A program made the translations under genes and the position numbers. Below, piece after piece: positions 53,401 through 64,000 of a stretch of 64,000 bases of DNA. Location of the stretch: positions 359,166,001 to 359,230,000 of the forward strand of contig OZ024743.1 in the NCBI GenBank assembly GCA_964016885.1, read 5' to 3'. The notes under the pieces were generated by a model. That model worked only from the letters and a program-made list of their open reading frames with translations, did no database searches and was not told where the DNA came from. The first letter of the stretch is position 1. Each line of letters begins with the position of its first letter. Source of the DNA: Eledone cirrhosa (taxonomy: Eukaryota).

Positions 53401-56350
53401 CCAAGTCCACATTGGCACATTCGGGAAATCCAATCGGTACCTGTCAGACAGTTCAAAACGCCTGAGCAGGTTGGTGAGGCTCTTGCACCCTCCACCCCTA
53501 TCCACTAATCCCACACAGTCCCAGCGTGCATCTAAGATCCCGTTCCAGTCGCCCCCTAACACTAAAGAGCGGGACGTTCCAAGAAAGGTCTCCAGAACCC
53601 GGAAGAAATCAGGCCGCCCTGCTCCTGTCGGGGCATAGACGGCCACTAGCCTGAAAGCTTTCCCGTCTCCGCTGGTCACGTCCAGCACCACCAGCTTACC
53701 CTCTGGGTCCAGGAAGATGGCCCGTATGGCAAGATCCAAACCTCTCCGAAAAAGCACAGCAACTCCTCCCCCCGATCCAGGACGGCTGGGAGATGCGTAC
53801 ACATCGTAGCCGCCGAAGATCGGTGCGAAGGCCCGTGCTTCGGAGATTCTGGTCTCGCTGATGGCCACTACATCTATGTTTAGTGACCTGAGGTTGTTGA
53901 GCAGGTGACCCTGCTTCCATGACGACCCCAAGCCACGCGCATTTATGCTGCCTATTCTGAGTGAGGTCATGTTTAAAATAGAGTGGAAAAGATGGGAAAG
54001 ACCACTTACCGTACTTTTCGTAGAGGAAGGATAGTTTCTCCATCCCTTTTCACTTGATCGTCTGGTGAAGGGACCGTTGAATCGTCCCTTCGGCTGGTCG
54101 TCGGCTCTTCTATGAGTATGTCCGAATATACTCTCCGGTTGAGAGTTCCTCCTAGGTCTCTGAAATCACCAACTGCGTTGGGGAATTTCGTTTTAATGTT
54201 TGTGTATTGTTTCTGTGCTATTTTTAGCAGTCTTATGTTAGTTGGCGTTTTGATTGGTGCTGGTATTATGTAGTCGTGTTGAGAAATGTTGTGTGTTCAA
54301 TTATGTAAGTCATTAGTTTCTTGTTGTGTGTATTTATTGCCGTGCATTTGTTTTTCTGGGGGTGGGGTGTGGTTCTGCTATTTTCTTGTCGTTGTTGGTG
54401 GGTGTGTGTGTTTTGTTGTGTTTGCGATGTTGGTGCTTGTGGTGGTGCTTGTGGTGTTGAAGGTGTTGTTGTTGTTGGCGGTGGGGTTGTCGCCGGTGGT
54501 GATGGTGGTGCTAGTGATGGTGTTGGTGGTGTTGCTTCTGTGTGTCTCTTTGCAGTAGCCTTTACCTTTTTTTCATTTCTTTCCTCCCTTTTCGAAGGCG
54601 ACGATGCGCTGCTTCTGCGTTTGTGCCTTCTTACGACCTTTTGCCATCCCTCTCCCACCTCACACTCCATGTCTGATTCTGTGAGGTCGGGGAGGAGTAC
54701 CAGCTCCACTCTTCCACTTGTTGTTGTTGGTGATGTTTGCAGTGGAGTCTCTGTTGCAGCTACATTTGGTATTACTGTTGTTGTTGTTAATACTTCCACT
54801 GCTGCTGCTGTTCTTGATTTCCGTGGCGTGGGTAAGGGTGCCACGGACCTATCGTTCCTGGTTGCCGCTTGTTCTGTTGCTGGTAGTCGTGGAGCCGGTT
54901 TCGGAAGGAGGGGGTTTTCTCCTTTCTCAGGGTCTTCTAGTTGCAGAAGGCCCTGAGGTGAGTCTTCGATCCACAGCGAAAGCATTTCGGGCGTTTGCCC
55001 TCAACACTTATGGGCAGTTGAGTGCCGTTATCGAAGTCTATCACATCCGGGATAACTTCGATGCACTCCTGGTTGGTTTGGATTAACATCTCAACGGAGG
55101 TGCCGACCCAATCTTCTCTTACTTTTTTCTGTACTTGCAGTACAGGTGTTTTGTCCTCGATTCCGACGAGGACAGACGCGGCCAGCCAAGAAGAGGCCAT
55201 CCCGGGGGGGGGGGGGGGGGGTTCAGTTTGACCCTCACAATTTTTTGCCCGCAGTAGGAGGGCACCAACACCATTTCCTCGCTCCTCAGGGTCACTAAGG
55301 ATTGAGCCTGGTGTGTGGCAAAAAGCACGTCTACGTTGGCATATTTCTTGCCTCGGGTAATATGCGTTTTCCGCTGCCACACAGACCCTAAGGCTTTTTG
55401 TATTTGAGCCTCTGTGGGTCTTTCAACCCTACGGGATTTTGTGCTTATTGTACGGTACGTGACCGTACAGTGCTGTTGGGTTTGGAAAAATTTTTCGGCT
55501 GCCTTGCAGATTCCTCGGTGTCCGGTTTTCGTCACCATCTTCTTCGCTTCCTCTAATTCCTCATTTGTTATGAGGATGGTTTCCAGGTTCTTTGCGATAC
55601 CTGCAAACGAGATTGGATTTTCTTTGCTGCTGTTGTTGTTGTTGTTGTCGTCAGAGCTGCTGTTACTTTTGTTGTTGCTGCAGGTACTACGACTACTGCC
55701 GCTGCCGCTGTTGCTGTGGTTGTTGTTGTTGTTGCTGCTGCTGCTGCTGTTGTTGTTGCTGTTGCTGCTAATGCTGTTGTTGTTTATGCTGCTGCTGATG
55801 CTGTTGCGGCTGCTACTATTGTTTTCCTTGTCACTGTTGCTGCTGCTGCTGTTATTACGGCTGCTAGTGCTATTATTCATGACGTCAGACGAATGAAATG
55901 GGTTTTCGTATTTCCCACACACCTTTTTCGTCGTTGTCGTTGTCGTCGTGGAGAAATTTTGCACGCTTTGTACGTGATTTTTCTTTACTGGCGTCGCTTG
56001 CAAAAGAGAAGGGAGCGAGAGAGACACATTTAGAGAAGGGAGGGAGAGAGACAATCTTCTCTCTGCTGTAGTGACGATTGAGGAAGAAGAAGACGGAATG
56101 ATGGGAGTGACCTATGAAAATTCTTTTTCGTAGCCATGTTTTTTTTTGTTTAAAATAAATATTGGGTACAAAACCCCAATAAGCGGTTATTTAACCCCGA
56201 ATGGCCAAATAACGGGCAGAAAGACCCCTCTAACGAGGAGGAGGGTGTTTTTGTCTACAATTTGGTTAAAGTTTTAAACAATTTACAATTGTTATAGCGG
56301 TCAAAATTTACAATACCTTACAGAGCCGAGCTTCCGTCAACCATAGCATT
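50425..56350 (-). mobile_element. L1/Tx1-clade LINE, near full-length, frameshifted
   Basis: ORF1 pieces 54266-56054 with CFRCGSKTHLRAFC knuckle; APE 52651-53970 (SINARGL, SET, VYAP, GGDWN, TDH); RT 50574-52885 (FRPITLLN, LDQSKAFDRV, QGCPLS, AYADD, ETVLHALVQC). Confidence 0.95.
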
Positions 56351-56351
56351 C

Positions 56352-56383
<32 letters not shown>

Positions 56384-56407
56384 ACTATTAATAATTATTA
56401 ATTAATG

Positions 56408-59400
56408 ATTTCTTTATTGGCCACAAGGGCTGGCAATAGAAAAACATTACAGACGGCACAGGACGGTCCAGGACGGTAGAATGTGCGTTTTGTGCGTGTA
56501 AAGATTTTTATTATTTATATAAGAAAAGAAAAAAAAAGGACATAGAAACATATATATATATATATAAACAATAAAAATGAAAATTGAAACAATGAAAAAT
56601 TCCCCAATAGGGGGGGAACCTCCGAGGGTTACTCGTGGCGAAAACCACACAAAAGACCACGGCCACCCTGACCACCAGGGCAAGCGCGCTCTCTCAATTC
56701 TTTCATTTCTCAAACTACAGGCTTATATTCAGAGCGGTCCCGTTCACTCGGACCATTCTCGCTACATTCCCCCACCTTTCAACAAACTTGCTAGAAGGCA
56801 GCACTTGACTCTCCACCCTGACTTTCCTCTTCAAGTGAAACTTGAAAAAGTTGATTTGGGATTCGCCGAAGAGGAAAGTATTTGTCTTTAACCCTTTCAA
56901 CCTTGTCCACCACACAATCTCTTTCGCCATGGCCACCAGGCAGATAAAACCGCCTGCCCTTCTTCCTCGAAGGAACACGGTGAGACTATCTGCACTATGA
57001 ACTCAGTCGATAACCGGATCAGTCTTATACGTGACAGCAACTGTTCGACATAGCTCCACAAGTCAGCAATACTCGGACACTGAACGAGTGCGTGCACGAT
57101 GGTTTCGTCGCTCACATCTCGGACAGGCTCGGCTTACGGCAACTTCCATGCCTGTAGAGCTTATCTCGAACCTGCAACGCTCCCCGGTAGCACTGCCAGG
57201 CCAGGGTTTTTTGGAAGTTATCCATAGGCCCTGGGCTGAAAGTTCTCCGGAAGAGAGCAAACAGATGATCTTCTTCGACACCCAGGATCTCTCCGAGAAC
57301 GTCGTCGCTCTTCCCCTCCACTAGTCCTCTATAGAACACCGAGGTGGATGTTCCACCGATACTGGTGTCCAGCTGGCAGAGGACAGTGAGCGCCTGTAGA
57401 CATTTCAGTTTCCAAGCGCTATCCTTCGGTCTTTTCCTGACCCAGGAGTGCAGCTCCGTCAAGGAGACGAGCTGTGGGAAAACGTGCCTGGCGAACGGCG
57501 ATACCTGTCAGACAGTTCAAAACGTCTGAGCAGGTTGGTGAGGCTCTTGTACCCTCCTCCCCTATCCACTAGCCCAACACAATCCCAGCGGGCATCCAAG
57601 ATACCATTCCATCGCCCACTAACACTAAAGAGCGGGACGTTCCAAGAAAGGTCTCTAGACGTCTAAAGAAATCTGGCCGTCCTATCCCTGTCGGGGCATA
57701 GACGGCCACTAGCCTGAAAGCGTTGCCTTCGGTGCCGGTCACGTCCAGCACCACCGACTTACCTTCTGGGTCTAGGAAGATGGCCCGTATGGCGAGATCC
57801 AAGCCTCTCCGAAAAAGGACGGCAACCCCTCCCCCCGATCCTGAACGGCTGGGAGATGCGTATACATCGTAGCCACCGAAGATCGGTGCGGAGGCTCGTG
57901 CTTCGAAGATTCTGGTCTCGCTGATGGCCACCACATCTATGTTTAGTGACCTGAGGTCGTTGAGCAGGTGACCCTGCTTCCAAGATGACCCCAGGCCACG
58001 TGCATTTATACTGCCTATTCTGAGTACAGCCATGTTGGATGAGAAACGGGGCAAGTGAGAAAGGGTCACTTAACTTGATCGTGTGGTGAAGGGAGAGTAG
58101 AACCGTCCTTTGGCTGGTCATGGGTGTTTCCAAGAGGATGTCAGTGTATATCCTCTTGGTAACCGACCCTCTGAAGTCTCCAACTGCGTTGGGGAATTTT
58201 TGTTTTAAAAGTTTGTACTGTTCTATTTTGATATCAATGATGCTTATGTTTGTCGGGAGAGTACTTGGTGTTGGTGGGGTGTAGTAGTTTTTTTCTGTAA
58301 TGTCTGTGTGCTGCTTTATATATTGTATGAGTTCTTTATTTGCAATGTTTATGGCTGTGTACTTTTTTGGAGGGAGAGGGGATTTTGTTGCTGTTTTCTT
58401 CTTGTTGCTGTTTAGCGTGTGTGTTTTGTTTTGTTTGCGTTGTTGGTGTTTTTGGTGATGCTGGTGGTGGTGTGGTTGTTGTTGGCGGTGGTGCTTGTGG
58501 TGGTGATGGTGATGGTGGTGGTGTGCTGCAAGTTTCCTTGCAGACTTTACCCCTCTTTGTGTGCCTTCGCTTTTGGAGGGTGAAGCTAAGGGTTTTTTTG
58601 TTTTTTGTTTTTTGTGGCAGACCGTTTGCCACTTCACTCCCGCCTCAAACTCCATGTCGGATTCCGTGGCGTCTGGGAGGGGTAAGTGCTCCCGGCTGTT
58701 GGTGGTGGTAGTAGAGCCCTCTCCGGCAATTTTGTTGCTGGTGCAGCTACTGCAAATGTAGCTACTGGTGTTGCCGCCACTGATGCTGCTGCTTTAGTTG
58801 TCCATGGCCTTGGTACGATTTCCACGGACGTTGCCCTTCTACTCACCGTGGAAGGGGCTTCTGCGTTTGTTGCCTGCCCTGCTCTTGGTAGCAGCGGACC
58901 AGGTATTGGAAGGAGAGGGGCCTTCTTCTTCGCTGTCTTCTGCGGGCAAAAGGCCCTGAGGTGACCCTTTGACCCACAGAGATAACATTTTGGCCGTCTT
59001 CCTTCTACGCTTATAGGGTGTTGGAGTCGTTCCTCGATGTCTATGATATCGGGGATAGCGTCGATACATTCTTGGTCAGTTTGTATAAGCATTTGCATGC
59101 CTATACCTGACCAGTTCTCTCTCCCTATTTTCTCTACTTGCAGCATGGTCGTCCTGTCTTCGATTCCAGCAAGGACAGACGCAGCCAGCCAAGGTATGGG
59201 CACGTCGGGTGGGACCTGGGTCACTTTGACCCTCACAATTTTCTGCCCGCAGTAGGAGGGCACCAAGACTATCTCCTCACTCTTTATGGTTTCCAAAGAG
59301 TGAGACTTCGCTTCTTGGGAGGGGGGACGAATTGTACGTCTACTGTGGCGTACTTTCTGCCTCGGGTGATGTGGGTTTTGCGTGCCCAGACGCACCTCAA

Positions 59401-60340
59401 GGCCTTTTGGATTTGAACCTCCGTGGCTGTCTCCACCCGATGTGAGATTTTGCTTACGGTGCGGTAAGTCACTGTCCGTAGCTGCTGGTCCTTGAAAAAA
59501 TTGGGTGGAGGTTTCAGGGAGACACTATTTGCACTTCTTGTCACCATGGCCCTTGCGACTGCCATCTCCTCCCCTGTGACTAATACTGTTTCGATATTTC
59601 GGGCCACACCTGCAAAAGAAGTTGTCCCTTTTTCACCAGGACACTATTGCTGCCGCTACTGGTCTTGCTGGTGGTGCTGAGATCGCTATTACAGGTATCG
59701 ATGTCATTGTTGATGTTTTCGTTGGTACTGTTGTTGCTGTTGTTGTTGTTGTTTTCGTTGATACTGCTGCTGTTGTTACTGTTATTGTGGCTGTTATTGT
59801 TTTTTTTAGTTGATACTGTTCCTGCTATTATTGTTGTTGTGGCTGTTATTATTGTCATTGTTATTGTCGTTCTCGACCTTACCGCTGTTATTTTTGTTGT
59901 TGCTGTTGTTATTGATGGTGTTGTTGTTGGTGTTATTGTTGGTGTTGTTTGTGTTAGTAATATTTGGTAATTTTAAATCTGTAACAATATCATTAAACAT
60001 GATATTGTTCCTCTTTTCCTTCGTAATATTTTCTTTTAAATTTACCTTCGCTAGAACGCTGTCTTGTTGATATGTTGACAAAGTCCTCCTCTCTCTGTGT
60101 TGTCTGACAGCGCTCTCTCTCTTTCTTGTGTTATCCATGTTGAAAGAAATTTTTTTTTCAAATAATATTTTTACACAATACGACACCCCGTAAAGAGGTG
60201 CCGTATTATTTACGAGTGAACCCCTATATTAGGTGGGTCATTTCTTCTAAACTTCTATCAGTTTAACACTTGAATAAAAGGTTTAGAACTGTGGAAAACG
60301 AGGTATACTTTTGAAAAAAACTGGAGGCAATAAGAAGATC
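56408..60340 (-). mobile_element. Second L1/Tx1-clade LINE with ~2.07-kb deletion removing the RT
   Basis: ORF1 CYLCGSKGHLRAFC; APE N-part 57502-58033 fused to post-RT region at 57501; 3' end gtggccAATAAAgaaatc + (TTA)n. Confidence 0.93.
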
Positions 60341-60344
60341 GTGT

Positions 60345-60575
60345 AATGCCTGTGCGTGAAGAATATTTTTAAAGTGGGGAAAGACTGTGCACCGAGCCAA
60401 TCCCACTCTCTGAGCGACAGTAGCTATAACCCGAAAAGAAGAAAAGATCAACATCATCGGTAACTACTGAGCCGCAGGTTTTATGTCGGAGTTAACCCAG
60501 TTTCCTGAGATGCCTTCTCCTAGAAGAATGCCCTGACAAGGGCTAGGGGTTCTTCACTCCCAGTGGTCTAACTGC
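60345..60575 (-). mobile_element. Third copy of the 33787/34595 non-autonomous element
   Basis: Reverse complement closely matches 33965-34150. Confidence 0.75.
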
Positions 60576-60742
60576 GCGATCGGGTATCCAGCCCGACTAT
60601 TTCTATGTCCCCGCGCATAAAAAAAAACTCACTTATTGACACTCATACGTCCGACATACAAACACGCGCACATACACACTTACATACGCGCGCACACACC
60701 AACACTCATGCATACAAACAAACACACACACCCTACTCACTT

Positions 60743-60778
<36 letters not shown>

Positions 60779-61686
60779 TACCGTCATTACTGATACAAGA
60801 TTACAAGATTATGTCAACTGTTGAATTTCGAAAGAGTTCGTATACTTGAAGCCGTTCGTGTTACCGTTTAGTATTATTATAATTGCTTTACAGCATAGAG
60901 CTATGGCCCTCCACGCTCCGAGCTCAAATCCCACCGAGGTCAACCTTGCCTTTCATCCGGAAAAGAGAGCACCAGTAATGCGCTGGTTCAATCGCTGGGT
61001 CCGTGCCAAAAGCAGAACAATTATTATTAAAGTTGTTGTTTTCTTAAGGCCCGGTCGCTGGTGATGGTGATGGTGATGGCGGCGGTAGATGGTGGTGGTG
61101 GTGGTGATAGATGGTGGTGGTGGTGGCAGTTGATGTTGTTGTGTTGTTGTTGCTGTAAACATTAATGCCGGTGTTGTTGTTGTTGTAGATGTTGGGGTTG
61201 AAATCTGGTCGTTTGACTGAGTGATGTATATACACACACATACATACATATATATACACACACACATTCAACACAGCGTAGAGAGTTTGACAACAGGTCG
61301 GTGACTTCAGTCTACAAGAGTAATGACATGTGTAAATGTAAATGTGGTGGTAGGGAGAGAGCGTACACGTTATTGTGGTGGCAGTGAGATGTATCTAGTT
61401 CATTTGTCCGTTTTCTTCTCTTTGCAAAATTTGAATTTTAGCCATGTTATATTGAGATGTAAGTAAATATAAAATGTAAAATATAAATAAGAATTGCTCT
61501 GGCAAAATATACGAAAATATTTGTGCAACTTCCACAAACTTCTGTTATGATATTCCCGAGTCCAGTGAGCAAAAATTTGTTGTATTGTTGTTTCAGAATA
61601 CAAAAATTAATTAAAAACTTAGCCCCACGAAAAGTTACCGTGTGTTGTCCTATCTATAAGCTGCCTATATGTCCTATCTATAAGCT

Positions 61687-61734
<48 letters not shown>

Positions 61735-61739
<5 letters not shown>

Positions 61740-62470
61740 CATGGTCTAGCAAATAGAGAAACAGTTTTAAAATAAATAAAAAAAAATTCGCTGTACTTAC
61801 TATATGTGCTTTACCGCGGTTTCATGCTCCAGAATAAAAGGAAAATCCAAGCGGAATTTCATTGAGAAGGGACCAATCTTCAGAAGGCTCTTCTCCCTCG
61901 GAGAATATAAAATTCCCGAGTTCAAATCACAAACTGACGCCATACAAAACCATTACAAATGAGAGCGGATGATGAAAGAAATAATTCTGTCTGGTTCCGT
62001 GTGCAAAGACAAAAGGCAGGGTGGACAAGTCAATGTCCTGCCACTAGAAATAGCAGCAGTCCAAACGGCCAAAATTTTATCTCTACTTTAGGTGGAGATC
62101 AATAATAATAAAGTATGAATTCCTACGTGTAAACAGACAGAATTATTTCTTTCATCATCCGCTCTCATTTGGGAATAGTCTTGTAGGGCGTCAGTTTGTG
62201 ATTTGAACTCGGAAATTTTATATTCTCCGAGGGAGGAGAGCCTTCTGAAGATTGCTCCCTTCTCAATGGAATCCGCTTGGATTTTCCGTTTATTTTGGAG
62301 CATGAAACCGCGGTAAAGGCACATATAGTAAGCACAGCGAATTTTTTAAAATTTATTTTAAAACTTTTTCTCTATTTGCTAGACCTTGATTTTATATGTT
62401 CTGGCTTGTTAATTTATTAACCCGCCATAGAACCACATTGGCATACGGTTGGATAATACTTGTTTCCCTA
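61735..62470. mobile_element. Family B element as inverted pair with two hammerheads (61808-61888 minus; 62240-62320 plus)
   Basis: gcctt-CTGAAGA-ttgctcc...ggagcat-GAAA-ccgcgg-TA-aaggc; flanks homologous to 1259-1750; between TA tracts. Confidence 0.88.
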
Positions 62471-62474
62471 TATG

Positions 62475-62517
<43 letters not shown>

Positions 62518-62519
62518 GG

Positions 62520-63243
<724 letters not shown>

Positions 63244-63292
63244 CATATATATATACATACATATATATATATATACATACATATATATATAT

Positions 63293-63367
<75 letters not shown>

Positions 63368-63371
<4 letters not shown>

Positions 63372-63438
63372 AGTATGTATGTATACGTACATACATATAT
63401 GTATACAGACGTATAGTAGCATGCATATATATACATAT

Positions 63439-63472
<34 letters not shown>

Positions 63473-63985
63473 GCATATATATACATACACACACATACAT
63501 GCCTGACCGATTTAACTCACTCAATATGCAAATTAGGCTGCTCAGCCGTTAATTTTCATAAGGAAAGTATATACTTTCGAACGTTCAACTATCTGGCAGA
63601 TGGGTAAACGGTGCTGATGATAGCTAACAAGCTTGAAACTAGTACATCGTTCCTGTGTCAGTGTTGAACAAAAAGGTGACGTGGTTGCCTTAACACCGTA
63701 TGGCATAAATTCAGGCTGTTCGGTTTGTTGACAAACAAACGAACAAAGCTGCGTTATAATAAACGTCGGCTAAACTGATGCGTGCATATATGTATGTGTA
63801 CCTGTGTGCATGTATGTATATATATGCATATATATATATATATATATATATGTGTGTATATGTATATATATGCATGCTACTATACGTCTGTATACATATA
63901 TGTATGTACGTATACATACATACTTACATTTAAGTAAGTGCCATACTAAGAGTGAGAAATGAAATTTCGTTTTCATTTTTTTTTC
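63368..63985 (+). mobile_element. Family A element, third copy, with short inverted 5' arm
   Basis: Homologous to 13365-13780; octamer at 63526; HHR at 63608-63650. Confidence 0.85.
63608..63650 (+). ncRNA. Type I hammerhead ribozyme (family A)
   Basis: acggtg-CTGATGA-tagc taacaa gctt-GAAA-ctag-TA-catcgt. Confidence 0.9.
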
Positions 63986-64000
63986 AACTTATATATATAT

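Overview
This is AT-rich eukaryotic DNA with no recognisable host gene. It is saturated with (TA)n, (CA)n, (TATG)n and (TAA)n microsatellites and retroelements. The CORE- and Meta-type tRNA-SINEs and the microsatellite load resemble a coleoid cephalopod (octopus-like) genome; this is inference only. Retroelements: a Penelope-like element (PLE) with an uninterrupted 1079-aa RT+GIY-YIG ORF (19753-22992), a decayed PLE of a second clade, three R4/Dong-type RLE LINEs in TAA repeats, a near full-length RTE, two head-to-tail L1/Tx1 elements, and CRE, CR1, RTE and Helitron fragments. The signal the ORF track misses is RNA-level: about 20 type I hammerhead ribozyme (HHR) motifs, folded by eye, in non-coding repeats that sit in TA tracts, often as inverted pairs. 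They include (i) a ~434-nt retrozyme-like family whose three copies show compensatory changes in all three HHR stems and an ATGCAAAT octamer 79-80 nt upstream of the core; (ii) a ~486-nt tandem HHR family; (iii) several families with 45-92 nt stem II hairpins; and (iv) U4A/U4C core variants. A covarying pseudoknot plus GNRA hairpin is also shared between an R4/Dong 5' UTR and an unrelated non-autonomous element. All structures and family assignments were made by inspection and need computational and biochemical confirmation.
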